Below, in pieces: positions 1 to 14,321 of a stretch of 64,000 bases of DNA. The notes under the pieces are model-generated. The model ran no database searches. It saw nothing but the letters and a program-made list of their open reading frames with translations, and had not been told where the DNA came from. The position numbers were made by a program, and so were the translations under genes. The stretch is from NCBI RefSeq assembly GCF_006345805.1, contig NW_021832274.1, positions 1-64,000 of the forward strand. The letters run 5' to 3'. This stretch comes from Octopus sinensis (lineage: Eukaryota). The first letter of the stretch is position 1; each line of letters begins with the position of its first letter.

Positions 1-78
1 TAGATATTCAAAATGTGACAGCGTGTGTACCGTTGCCGATTTATTTTCCCTCCGTCCTTCCCTTCCTTCTTTTTCTAT

Positions 79-113
79 GTTTCTGACGAAGAGCTCCGCT
101 CGATACGTTAAAT
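79..113 (+). ncRNA. Minimal type-I hammerhead ribozyme motif, core mutated (Penelope/retrozyme-type)
   Basis: Stem I GTTT(79-82)/AAAT(110-113); CTGACGA(83-89); extra A; stem II GAGC-TCC-GCTC; GATA instead of GAAA (102-105); CG; TT. Lies in a ~200-bp repeat ending at a (TA)n tract; downstream sequence is homologous to the copy at 2626. Confidence 0.55.
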
Positions 114-254
114 CCTCCATCTTTCTTTCCTTTCCCGAGCGTCCAATAACACTTGTTCCACGTCCTCGCGTTGTTGTGTTTTCTCTTTGTGTTTTCATGT
201 TTGGATTAACAATTATATTATATATATATATCTTTATATATATATATATATATT

Positions 255-322
<68 letters not shown>

Positions 323-481
323 ACTCGAGCATTTATTTAACTATAGACAGATTGCTGTTAAGTATTTCTGCAAATATTTACAAACATCTTTCCACTTGTT
401 TGTGCATGGCTTCATATTTATAAACATGGACAAAACATACAACTACTTATGTGTAAAGTTAACGAACCAGCCGACAATGAT

Positions 482-550
<69 letters not shown>

Positions 551-683
551 CTGAATATATATATATATATATATGTATGTATATATATATATATATGTGT
601 GTATACATATATGTATATATATATATATTTTAATGTATACATATATGTATACACACACAAACATACATGAATACACACACACA

Positions 684-714
<31 letters not shown>

Positions 715-1493
715 ATTTTTCTGCTTGTTTACTTCTCGTGATTTATTATTTTTATGCGTCTCCTCATCATTTTCGTGAATATAACTTCTATAACTACAAA
801 CACATGCACATACACACACGCGCACACACACGCACGCGCACAGAGAGAGAGAGAGAGAGGTCGCTTGAGAAATGCTTTTCAGCTAGTTTCAAATTCCCCA
901 TTATCGTTTTCGCTATTTTCCAGTAGACATCAAACGATCTAACACTGTTCCTTGCGTTCCTTAATTTCAACGAATTCACTTTCAATAAGTAGAAGAACAC
1001 GGCAAAAAACGCAACCCCAAAATCAGATTCCATTGTTCTCGTCCACAGTTTTCTTGAGAAAATTTAACATCTGAGGGGAACTCACGTTAGACTTATTGTC
1101 AGTCGAGCTTTGATCAGTGAAATATTGAAATTCCAAAAGGATATATTATATATATATAGATGTATGAATATATATATATATTATATATATTCATAAATGG
1201 GCATATATGTATATATGTATATATATATATATGTACGTATGTATGGGTATGTGTGTGAATGTGTGATTTTTCCTCTCTGTCCCGTTCTCTATCGTGTTTA
1301 CATCTTTTTCTAAATATTGCTCTCGTTCTATTTCCATAATGCTTCCTGGTCATGGGCTTGTTTTCCCCCTCTCTCTCTTTCTCCGTCTCTCATTTCTCTG
1401 TCACTGTATATATATACACATAATGCATATATATACAAGCATACATATGAATGAGAGAGAATGAGAGAGAGAGAGAGAGAGAGAGAGAGGGAT

Positions 1494-1543
<50 letters not shown>

Positions 1544-1853
1544 CAGTTACATACGGACCAATATACGTATATATGAGAGCGTATGTGTGCATATTTGAAT
1601 ATGTGTGTGTATGTGTGTATCTATATGATTTTATGTCAAGAGTCTATTAGTAGCCACGATAAAAATCAATAATCTGCATTAATCTACGCATTAATCTCTG
1701 CATGCACACACATACATTTTCAAACACATATACATACATAATACGCATACATAAACACAGACATGAATGAATAATTCTCTCTTTATATATGCATATGTTA
1801 TATATGTAATATATTCATGAGGATCCTTTACATACAATAATGAATGCCTCTAA

Positions 1854-1941
<88 letters not shown>

Positions 1942-2535
1942 ATGTATATATGTATATATGTATATATATGTATGTTGTATGTATGTATTATGTGCGTGTG
2001 TCCAAATGTATTTTTATGTATTCCCTTACACAAAAAATACATTTATGTAAATAACGCCCCCATGTATATCATAGTCTGCGAATGTATACAATATAGAACT
2101 TGCTATCAAGTAAATGATCTATTCTATTATGTAGGGATGTATGTAGAAAGCAATCCATTGAATTACATACAACACAAACGAATACAAACCCATACACATA
2201 TATCTACACAAGTGTACATACGCATATGGATTTGTGTGGGCGTGTGTATATACTACGCATTTTCATCAGACTTTTCGTCAATTGTACAAATCTTTTCACA
2301 CATAGCGACCACCCAGCATTGCATTTAACTGCGAAGAGATATGTATGTGATTGTTATACAAAGGTTGCAGATCAACAGCTTCTCTCTGATTAGTTTTAGC
2401 TCTGCATCTTCTTAAGTACACAATGACGATTATCATTATTAACTCGAGTCTCATCAACTTCATGTGTGTATGTGTGTGCGTGTGGTGCGTATCTTTGTAT
2501 ATGTATTTATATATATATATATATAATATATATAT

Positions 2536-2574
<39 letters not shown>

Positions 2575-2625
2575 ACATGTGTAATCTTGGCGACTTTTTT
2601 TCTGTCTTCTATTGGACTTTCCTCT

Positions 2626-2660
2626 GTTTCTGAAGAAGAGCTTTGCTCGAAACGTAAAAC
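2626..2660 (+). ncRNA. Minimal type-I hammerhead ribozyme, intact core
   Basis: Stem I GTTT(2626-29)/AAAC(2657-60); CTGAAGA(2630-36); extra A; stem II GAGC-TTT-GCTC; GAAA(2649-52); palindromic ACGT stem III; GTA triplet. Sits in a ~180-bp element between (TA)n and (TACA)n. Confidence 0.7.
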
Positions 2661-2801
2661 CACTTTTCTTTCCTTCACTGAGCATCTGCTAATACCTTAC
2701 ATGTACCGCGTCCTCCCGTTAATGTTTCTTTATGTGGTGGACTTACAATATATACATACATACATACATATATACATACATACATATATACACACACACA
2801 T

Positions 2802-2836
<35 letters not shown>

Positions 2837-4179
2837 ATGCAGAGATAGATAGAGATATAGATAGACGGAGAGACCTACAGACAGACTGAAACTCTACGAA
2901 ATGAGTATTCTTTCTTTCTCTCCTACCTTGAAACCAAATATTTTTACATTTAAATACTTAGTGAATAATATATAAGGCCTACTTGGAACAAAGCTCATTC
3001 AGCTGAATGTTAAGAGGAAATGGTAGGTTCTGTCAATCAATGCATAATATAGAAATGAAAGGAATAATTCACGAATCTACAAATACCTTGAGAAATGTAA
3101 TTTGAAATAATTCTATTCTTCATATAAATACATTAACAAAGACAGAAGAAGAACAATATTTTTAGAAAATAGAATACTAAATATTTGTGACAAATATAGT
3201 TGAATTATTTATTCGCCCCCACAACAATTTTTACATTATTAACTTGAACTAAACTAAATGTATAACCCTTACGTGGTCACTCGATCTGCTAGAAATATCA
3301 GCTAAATCTTAGCATAGCATTTTTACAGAAAAAGTATATCTTTCACCTGACTCGTTGAGTGATTCATTCGCTGTTTTAGAATGTTTTGATAGACATGGTT
3401 TTGTTTGTGGTCCCTAGATGGAGCTTCGCAGTCGCACAGGTATCTGTCGGGAGTAACTCTCAATCAGTGCCTCATGCAAGCCGCTGTTGGCCAGGTAACA
3501 CTAGTCGGTACAGATGCACACACATTCCTGTTATCGATTGGAGACATTTGTACAGTCAATATGCCAAATATTACATAGAAGGAAAAGACCCAAGCGCAAT
3601 GAAACTTGTAGAGATTTCAGTCTGCTTTTTTTTTTCTGGCATAACTATCTTCGCTTAATTACAGAGCAGAAGTGGGACTTGTAATTCTTCCCAGATTTTG
3701 GAGGCTACAGAAAATCCAGTTTGTCAGAAATCCTTTTAAAGCTAACAACGAAATATTGCACTTTTCTGGATTTTAAAAAATTTTTCCTTTCTCATTGAGT
3801 ACCCTGGTAGCTTTTATCTTGTGGGACTTACAACCAGTGGTTGACAAATTCCAGGACGTATCTGCCATAATAGACCTAGACTTTGTACTTATAAGGTCCA
3901 GTACTAATCTGAGATTCTTTAGCAAGTTAACCTGAAGTCGCCAAGTTCACAGTTATAGCGAGTTGTTGGGTATAGATGCGGACATATGTAGCAGGAAATA
4001 TGAGGGGCAGACTATGTGTAACACAGATGAATCATACGTTTGGCTCCTTCCCTCCACAGTATCAGTGGAGAGTTGTTAGCATTATTGTACAAGACGCGTC
4101 AAATCAATATGTATGTAAACGTGCACATAATACATACATACTTACATGAATATATGCATATATGTATACACACACATAT

Positions 4180-4233
<54 letters not shown>

Positions 4234-4950
4234 CATACATATATACATACTTACACACACGCATATATATATATATATATGTACGCACACATACATACAT
4301 ATCCAGACGTAAAAACTCTTTGAATTTTCGGTTACAGTTTACAAATTAATGGATTAAGTGCTTTTCTTTTTGGTACGTCGATTGGAATACTGTTCCATTT
4401 ACCTTACTTGTAATTTCGTTATCGTTTTAAGATTTACAAACCAATATGGCAGTGGTGTATTTTCTATTAATGTAGTTTTAAGCCAATACATCGTAGCTTT
4501 GAAACCAAATTCTCAAGAGTAATTAAAACTACCAAAATGTTTGATAGATGTCTTACTTGTAAATTGTATAACATTTATTGTATTGCTTGCCATTAAATAT
4601 AGTTTTATTTTAGGATTTACGCATGTAAATATTTCATATATCTAACATCGTTTAACTAACCTCATGGCTAATGTCTGCAAAAGATAAGATGTAGTTGAGT
4701 GGAATGACTAGTTAATTACTGGTATTTATTACGATAGTTTTATATATATATATCCCTTAAGAATTTATATTTTCTCTCATGTCCTTGGGTCTAAACAACA
4801 ATAGCAACAACAAAATCAACAATAACAGCAGCAGAAGCAGCAGCAGCAGCAGTGGCGGTAGTAGTAGTAGTAGTAGTAGTAGCAGCAGCAATAGGAAGAG
4901 GCATTTCAAGCAAAATATGGACACCAGTTAGAAATAGTAGCTAAATCCCC

Positions 4951-5055
4951 TTCGGTCCCATTGCGTGGCACGTTGGGCAAGTGTCTTCTACTATAGCCTC
5001 GGGGCGACCAAAGCCTTGTGAGTGAATTTGGTAGACAGAAACGAAGCTCGTCGTA

Positions 5056-5096
<41 letters not shown>

Positions 5097-5311
5097 ATAT
5101 GTTTGTGTGTTTCTGTATGTCCCTCCAACATCGCTTGATAACCGATGGTGGTGTGTTTACGTCCCCGTAACGTAGCGGTTCGGCAAAAGACGACCGATAG
5201 ACTAAGCTTTAGGCTTTCAAAGAATAAGTCCGGGGGTCGATTTGCTCGACTAAAGGTGGTGGTCCAGCATGGCCACAATCAAATGACTGAAACAAGTAAA
5301 AGAGTAAAAGA
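4951..5311 (+). mobile_element. tRNA-derived SINE family A, 5'-truncated, with internal (TA)n
   Basis: Matches the copies at 13905, 20471 and 32502 (TTGGGCAAGTGTCTTCTACTATAGCC ... CGACTAAAGG ... GACTGAAACAAGTAAAAGAG). Confidence 0.85.
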
Positions 5312-5318
5312 CCATAAT

Positions 5319-5362
<44 letters not shown>

Positions 5363-5753
5363 TACTACTACTACTACTACCATCAACATCATCATCGTTG
5401 TCATCGTCTTCTTCTTTGGCATTATATATTCTTATCTCGTCCGACAACAGTGTTTGTAAATACATAATTTAAAGTTTGTTGGTATCTACATATTTTAGTA
5501 ACTCAGAAACGTTGTTGTTGGTATTGTTGTTGTTGTTGTTTTTGAAGTTGCCGATGCTTAAGTCATTTTCGTTGTTGCTGTTTACAATAGCTCTTGTCAC
5601 TTTTAATTGCTATTTTTGTTGTTGTTTTCCATTGTTTGTGTTTTCCCGTTGTTATTAATGTTGAATTTCTCGATTCTTAGTTGCTGTTCTTGCAGTTTTT
5701 ATCGATATTAATGCACATTTTGTTGTTGTTGTTGTTACATTTGTTGCTGTTGT

Positions 5754-5784
<31 letters not shown>

Positions 5785-6676
5785 ACCGCATAACATAAGT
5801 TTATGAGGAGAAAGAAAAAATTATTCTGAAAGATAGCAGATAACGTTCCTTTAACTCTGGTTACCCACTACCTTCTATTCCTCTCTTACCCAACACAACA
5901 CAGCCCAAACCAACTTAATCAAAATAAGCAAAAAAAATAAAAAAATAAAATAAAATAAAATAAAAAAACCCATCTGATATGTAAACATAGCGCGTGCTTC
6001 TAATGCTAAAAAAGAAAAAAAAAACTAGAAATATATATTTTGAGGCATTGACAAGATAGAGGTGTTAGCTTGTATCAGATATTCAGCTTTATAAGACGAT
6101 GTTGCAAAATCTGTCAGAAATAAGTGATGTGTTTCGATAGATTATCATCTATTCGGAATATTGGTAAAATATTGCAAACTATAACTGATGTATGTCTTTA
6201 TTTTATAATAAATGAAAGGAAAAATAAAGATGAAAATAGAACAAAAGTATTTTATGCGAAACTTTATTCTATCTATACTTAGAAATTTCCATGTTCTGTT
6301 TGTCTCCATCTTGAAACTTTTAATGGAAGCTAGAACAGAGCTGGGGTCAGATGTTTGTTGAATAAATTGAAAATGGTCATTGTTGCTTCATTCGTAGTTT
6401 TCACATAATCTATTTTCGTCTTTACATACGAAATACGTGCGTATATATATATATATGAATACGTAACACGCGTACACACATACAAACATTCACACATAGG
6501 CATACACTTTTAGGTTCTTTTTTTGTTTTTGTTTTTCTCTTTCTCTTAAACACGGAAACACATACATAGACAGGTCAAATGTACACATTCTATTTACATA
6601 GACAGCTCACAAAGCGCACGTACGCAAACATATACAAAGAAATCCACGCATATGCGCACACACAAGTATATATTAT

Positions 6677-6709
<33 letters not shown>

Positions 6710-7485
6710 TATATATATTATACATACATATAAACAAGTAGTTCTACATACAGTGATAAGGATAAACCTCTTCGTTGCTGACGTGGGCGAGAATAGAACA
6801 ATGCACATGAGAACATGCAATTGGTCATTTCTTCGTTCAGATCTTACACACATACACATCACTCCATATGTCCTCGTCCTTCTTGACACATGCACACACA
6901 CACACACACCACACACACACACCACATACATTTTTACACATTTTTCATTCCACAATCTACCGTCAGATCCTTGTTCCAATAAACCTTCTGGCTTTCTACC
7001 AAATTCACTTAACACTTCTTCCTACTTCTATTTTTTCCCTTTTCCAAGCTACTCATACATACAGATACACACGCAACTCCCCACCTCCACACACACACAC
7101 ATACACACACGCGCATGCACAGACGCACGCACACATATTGTTCCACCAAGGAAAATCCATTCTTTCAAAGAAAAGGAAATTTCTCCAATTTCCCTCATCT
7201 CCGATTAATTCAACTTTCAACACTTTAAACGAACCATTAACTACATTAGCTCTAGCCAACTTCTCAACTTTACGGGTCATCGGGTCCACAGCAGGCAAGA
7301 AGCCAATACAGGGTGTGTTATGTGTGTGTGAGTGTATGTATGTGTGTGAGTGTATGTGTGTGTGTGTGAGTGTGTGAGTGTGTGTGTGTATGTGTGTTTG
7401 TTTCAATGTGCATTTATGTAACCGTGTGAGATACTGAAAGGTGTATATTATACGTTAGAAGCTTATTGTTGCAAATGAACTAGTC

Positions 7486-7554
<69 letters not shown>

Positions 7555-8536
7555 TAGAGAGATAGATAGATAGAGAGAGAGAGAGAGATAGAGAGATAGA
7601 TAGATGCACACACATACATATATATATATGGGCGTGTGTGAGAGAGAGAGAGAGTATGTCTGCGAATCTGTCTATCTCTGCCTTTATATTAGTACTAGCT
7701 GAATAGCACGTCGTTGCTGGGCAATTTTTACAATAGAATGTCTGATATAAATTTGTGCTTATTCCATGTCATACCTTGCCTTCTTCGTCAGATTTGCGAA
7801 ATCAATTTTTGTCATTTTTTTGCAAAAAACTTTGTTGAGGATTTTTTTCGTTTTAAATTATTCACATGTCTCTTCGACTTTATTCACAGAAACTTATTAA
7901 AACTTCAGAAGTTTTTACAAACTGTGGTCGTCGTAAAGCTTTGCTTTCTTTTGTTTAATAAATATTTCTCCTCGTAATGATTTTGCTTTCATTTTGTGAT
8001 AGATAGACATGCAGAAAGTATCAGTTTCCAAATCCTCTTTTCTGATTAGGTAAAATTGATTAATCTTTAAAATTGAGTAACATTTTTCTGCAATTTTTCT
8101 GGATCAAATAAGTAACAAAATCGGATTTAGTGTGAAAATTATTTCAATATACCAAATTTGAAAATTTCGACGTAATTTCAGAATTTCACAATAACTGACA
8201 GCAACAAGGAAGACCCTACAATAGTAGAGAGACAGACAGTTATAGGATGTGACACACACACATACACAAACACACACAGAAACACGTGCGCGCACACACA
8301 CACACACTGACACGCACACACATTTACGAACGTACACACTGGTAAACACGAGTTTAAAATGGTATATAGTAGACATACGTATGTATGTATATATATGTAT
8401 TATGTACGCTTGTGTTTGTGTGTGAGTGTTTTTGTCCGATAAACAGTGAGAAAGCCACCTACCCACTCCTTCCTTGAAGCTACGTATCCCTCACACTCAC
8501 ATTTTCCGCCCTTCCTTGGCGTTTTAGAAGTTAAAT

Positions 8537-9328
8537 CTACTCGGTGATAAACAAGAGTAGAATATTTTAAAAAGCAAATAGCATCTTACAAATTTCCCTT
8601 CCTGCTTAATATACACACACAATGCCACACACTGCTATGTGTATGTACATGTGTGTTTGTGTAGAGTATGTGCGTATGTGTATTTATGCATGTATCTATG
8701 TATTTACGAAAGTATGTGTGCAGTGTCTCGTGTATAACCGTGAATGACAAGCGTATTAACGTCACCATCCGCTTACACAACACCTTTCTCCCCTTCCATG
8801 ATATCAACCACACCCACTATGACACCACATTTCCCCCAGACTAACACATTTTGCACTCTTCTCATTTTATCAAATACTAGTCAACCCCCGCTAGAGAACC
8901 CATTATAGATTTTTATTGAAATTCAATAATTTCAATAATTGCACTCGATGTTAGTTTAACAGGTATGCAAAGTTTCGTCAAGATTGGTTCACAGGTTTAG
9001 GCAGCAAAATGGTAACAGAGAGACTAACAGACATAAATTGCCACTTATGTATAAGGTACACTCGGACTCACACATGCGCCCGTACACACACAAACACAGA
9101 AACATACAATTCAATGATATAGCATGTACCTCTGGAAAACAGACAAACTTGGATTTATATGTAATTATCGACGACAAGCTCTCAGCCGAATCTTTTCCTC
9201 ATCTTCTGTCGTATCTCCTATAAATATTATGGTTTAGGGTCATTATGGTTTTGAGTCAACTACTCGTTGATAAAGAAGGGTAGAATATTTTAAAAGACAA
9301 ATAACATCTTACAAATTTCCCTTCCAAC

Positions 9329-9393
<65 letters not shown>

Positions 9394-9403
9394 TGACACA
9401 CTG
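8537..9403. repeat. Diverged direct repeat, two copies (8537-8634 and 9260-9403)
   Basis: Both read CTACTCG.TGATAAA.AAG.GTAGAATATTTTAAAA..CAAATA.CATCTTACAAATTTCCCTTCC..CTTAATATA...CAATG..ACACACTG; the second copy has an expanded (TA)n. Confidence 0.75.
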
Positions 9404-10165
9404 ACTCACACATACACATGTACATGAACTACATACCGTAGTGCATGTAAACAATCACTGGGGTTGCAACTGCCTCCTTAGAGTAATTTCCAACAAATCC
9501 GCCTCTTTTGGTGTTTTGTTTTGTATTCTTTTAGACATACATCTCTTAATCTCGAACGTTTCTTCTATTTGTCTTTGTGTCCCTTTTTCTCCTGTAACAA
9601 TTATTCTCTAAAGATGATTTCGGGCGTCGATCCCTTCTTGGGATCTTGCCTTTTTTCTGCATTACTGCATTTCTGCAGTTTCGCCGTGCCTAATTATTCT
9701 TCCTGTATTTGACTCCCTCTTAACTGCTGTATATTTGAGAAGTCTTCTCCTAATATCCTTATTCTTACGTCCTGATATACCTTGCTCTCCTCCATCATTC
9801 TCAACCTACTCACATACAAACACCATTGCTTCTCCCTTTGCTCTCCATCTGCATTATTCTCTTTCCACTGAATACTTTTTCTCACTTCAACATCTCATCA
9901 CAAACACTCCTTTCTCCTACCACACTCCTATAGCGTGACACCCTCAAACGTGGAGGATACAGCGTTGTATATATGTATGCGTATATATATATATATATTA
10001 TGATTATTCCCAGCATGGTCACAGCGTACAGACTGAAACTAGTTAATATGTTAATAGACACACACATTCACACATACACATACACGCACACGCTCATACA
10101 TAGATAAATGTTTACATATGCATATGTCTAAATATATATAATTATGCATATATATACGTCTATGT

Positions 10166-10213
<48 letters not shown>

Positions 10214-10324
10214 CATATATGTATATATGTATGTATATGTATATTTATATATTATATATGTAAGCATAAGTAATGATATAAATGTATATATGCATGTATT
10301 TATGTGTATGCATACATATATTTG

Positions 10325-10396
<72 letters not shown>

Positions 10397-10415
10397 TAAT
10401 ATATATAGATACTTT

Positions 10416-10509
<94 letters not shown>

Positions 10510-10510
10510 C
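10416..10510. repeat. (GATA)n microsatellite; representative of dozens of (TA)n, (CA)n, (TACA)n, (GATA)n, (AAT)n, (GAA)n tracts (e.g. 12540-12712, 48440-48622, 59250-59490)
   Basis: Directly visible simple repeats; they explain nearly all low-complexity ORFs in the track. Confidence 0.98.
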
Positions 10511-11677
10511 GTGAAGTAAAATAGCGAGAGCGTATGATAACGAAAACAGGAAAAAAGACATTGAAATACTGTATTGAGGAAAGACTAGCAGTGCAAAAGT
10601 AGATTTATGGCACATCATAAAACACCAATGTATATGGCAGTTAGCCAACATTTTACTTAAAGATTTATCAAAGATTTTTTCATATTTTCTTTCATCATAT
10701 CTTCCAAGCATCATGTATGCTGTTGTTTAATTTATACCCAGTGGTATGTCAGTGTTGTTGTATATAAACGCAGCAATATATATGCGTCACTATTCATTAT
10801 ATACACAGCAATATGTGGTCGTTGTTTTTTTTTCTTTTCATACTAATATATGTAAGTGGTGATATGTGCGTGCGTTTGTTGTTTATGTATATCGAGAGTT
10901 ATGTCAGTCTTGTTTAATATAAACATCAATACATCTGAATTAAACCAAAAACTGTGGTGAAAATAGAGAGCTAGACAACAGATAGGGTGAGGGATGAATC
11001 AGAAGTGAAGTCAAAGGCCGAACATTTAGTAAAGTCGCTAAAACGTAATTATGATAGTCAGGGGGGAAATGTCTGCTCTCTGATACACACCTTGATCTCT
11101 CAAGACCAAAACATCGTTCTTAAGATTGTCTAGAAATTGTCAAATTACGAGTGTCTTGAGATGAGAATTTCTATAACTTGGGCAATGAAATTACAAATAA
11201 AGTAAAATCTGTCAATAATGATTGGAGTACTGGGTATAATAAAAAAATAAACAGTAAAAAACAAGACAAATTCTTGGGTTGTCATGTTTACAAGGCTTAT
11301 CTTAAGCAAGACACTTTCAATTCCCTATCATCTCACGCAATACGCTGCAAACATCTCTCGAGAACGAAGTAACATGTAGGGCAGCAGCAGAAATGGCGCA
11401 CAAAACTGCTGAAAATATTGAATATGGCGGTGGTACTGCTGCTGATTTTTCTGGGATAGGCACAAGCTTGAAGTTTAGAGGAGATGAGTAATCAATACTA
11501 TCGAATCCAGTACCTGATGTTACTTAATTTTATCAAAACTGAAACGATAAAATTTGAAGTTGACATCGGCGTGTACAAATTCAATACAAGAATCCCCATT
11601 TTGTTCGATGTTCAAACGATGTTGGCAATACGATCCTCTCTAGTTCAATAATAACTATAATCATAGTTATTATTGAC

Positions 11678-11733
<56 letters not shown>

Positions 11734-13904
11734 TAATATAATAATAATAATAACAATAATAACAATAATAACAATAATAATAATGATACAGAAACCAATA
11801 CATTAATTATACCCGCGCTCATGTACAATCCATCAGAGCAAATTTCATAATGACAAAGAGTGATAAATCTTAGTCAGAGAAAGGCACACTCTTTGGAAAA
11901 GCGGTGGTAAATGTTACACATTTCATAAGTGAATACAGTAAGTTAGCGCAACAAGAGTATAATCCCTGGCATCGTGAGTGCTTTAAGATATTAGCCGAAT
12001 GTGCGGGTTCAAAGTGAGGCAAAAGTGTTATAAACACGAGCTAGCGGCTCTGATGATTTTATGAGATTTCTCCTCTAAGAGTCTGACCATAGTATTGAAG
12101 CTAGAAGACTAGCTATGATTGTAGTGAAGCAAGAATAGATATGATTGTAGAGAAGTATGTAAGATTATTTACATTTCAATACGATGTGATAATAGTTTGG
12201 TTAACACAGAATTGAAAAATATCGAGACCTAATTAGAGAGTTGAAGTGAATGTAGGAGACAAAGGTGTTTATTGTTTTTCAGACAAAGTTGTTTGTTGTT
12301 TCACGTGACATAACAACCAAACTATTGCCTAAACTGCTGAATGATACTGGAATTTATAATTCGCATTGCGGACCTGCATTGAAGTGCTAGTTTGTATTCT
12401 GCAATAATGCTTAGAATGATTCTTAACATATGGAGAGACTTGTTGTTACCCAGCCTCAAGTCAACGTCCTTGTTATCTAAAACTGCATGTAATAGCTTAA
12501 TAATAATAATAATAATAATAATAAGAATAATAATAATGAGAAGAAGAAGAAGAAGAAGAAAAGAAGAAGAAGAAGAAGAAGAGAAGAAGAAGAAGAAGAA
12601 GAGAAGAAGAAGAAGAAGAAGAAGAAGAAGAAGAGAAGAAGAAGAAGAAGAAGAAGAAGAAGAAGAAGAAGAAGAAGAAGAAGAAGAAGAAGAAGAAGAA
12701 GAAGAAGAAGAATGTTGATGATGGGATAAAGAAGTAAAAAGTACAAGGAGAGGAAATCTTATCAAAATTAGACTGGCGAAATTAAATTGCATTATAATAT
12801 ATTTATAACATACATGGAACTTTGGAAATTTTTAGCGTCCAAATGTCAGTTCATTTTTCTTTTCTTCTTTCTGTCTTTTTTTGGCGGGGTAGGGAATAAA
12901 ATATTCTCTCTGTCATTGTAAATACTGTTAAACAGATTGTAACAATGCCTGAGAGACAGCTATTTATTTCTTACAATAGGAGTAGCATCGGCGAAAGTGA
13001 AAGTAGAAAAGCATTAGATGGAATAGTTAAGAACACTTCATTTCAGTTTTTGGCTTGGTTTTTCATGTTGCACAATTTGGTTGATCGACCAAAATAAAGA
13101 TCATTGTTTTCACACCAAAAGGATCAAGCATTGGAACCAAGATAAAGTGACTTTTAGTCGATTTAGTCCATTTTACTGCACAAAGGTAACTCATCAAGTA
13201 AAGTGTATGCTACATTAAATACTGGAATAATTCTAAAGAGGGTAAAAAGAAGAAAATGTAAATAACTTCGCTTGTCTACTTGATGTTCAAAGACGAGCTG
13301 AAAGTGATGTGGTGTAAAAGCATCTCCTGCTGCATTTTGTTTTAAGCGGCTGGCTGAACGCCAGAACGTTCGCTTAACGGAGAATCGGAGAGAAAAACGA
13401 AGATAGCATCGTTAGTATTGAAAAATGGTAATTCTAGAACATGGATAACATGTAACGATACATACTAAAAGATTCTTTTATGAACAATTCCTGGCTGGTC
13501 ACAATTACTGTAATAAATATTTAGCTTTAGTTTCAGGTTTTATTTCTTAAAATTTACATTGGTCAGTCCACTCACTTCATGAGATTCAAGTGTCAAGCTG
13601 GTCTGGGAAAAATATATGGAGTTATAATGGCACTCTATGGCTTTTTCGTGTCAGACGTGCTATTGACAGAACATAATTTGGTCGACGTGTTTTTATTACG
13701 AATTGTGGTTGAATTGAACTCACTTTCCAATATATTAAGACATTGTGATACATTATCCTCCCTGGAGAGAAATGAGACAAATAATATTTCTTCATGGAAC
13801 TGCTGAACTGATAATATAAGAAACAAAGTAAAAAGTTTTATGTATAAATTTAGTGAAACGAACGAGAGCTGGTGCTGGGTAAAACGATAGGTTATTAACT
13901 ATAT

Positions 13905-14321
13905 AGGCGTAGGAGTGGCTGTGTGGTAAGTAGCTTGCTTACCAACCACATGGTTCCGGGTTCAGTCCCACTGCGTGGAACCTTGGGCAAGTGTCTTCTA
14001 CTATAGCCTCGGGCCGACCAAAGACTTTTGATTGGATTTGGTAGACGGAAACTGAAAGAAGCCCGTCGTATATATGTATATATATATATATGTATGTGCG
14101 TGTATATGTTTGTGTGTCTATGTCTGTCCCCATCCCCAACATCGCTTGACAACCGATGCTGGTGTGTTTACGTCCCCGTCACATAGCGGTTCGGCAAAAG
14201 AGACCGATAGAATAAGTACTAGGCTTACAAGGAATAATTCCTGGTGTCGATTTGCTCGACTAAAGGCGGTGCTCCAGCATGGCCACAGTCACAAGACTGA
14301 AACAAGCAAAAGAGAAAGAAA
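13905..14321 (+). mobile_element. tRNA-derived SINE family A, full length
   Basis: tRNA-like head AGGCGTAGGAGTGGCTGTGTGGTAAG...GGTTCAGTCCC (A/B-box-like), central body, internal (TA)n, tail GACTGAAACAAG. Confidence 0.9.
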
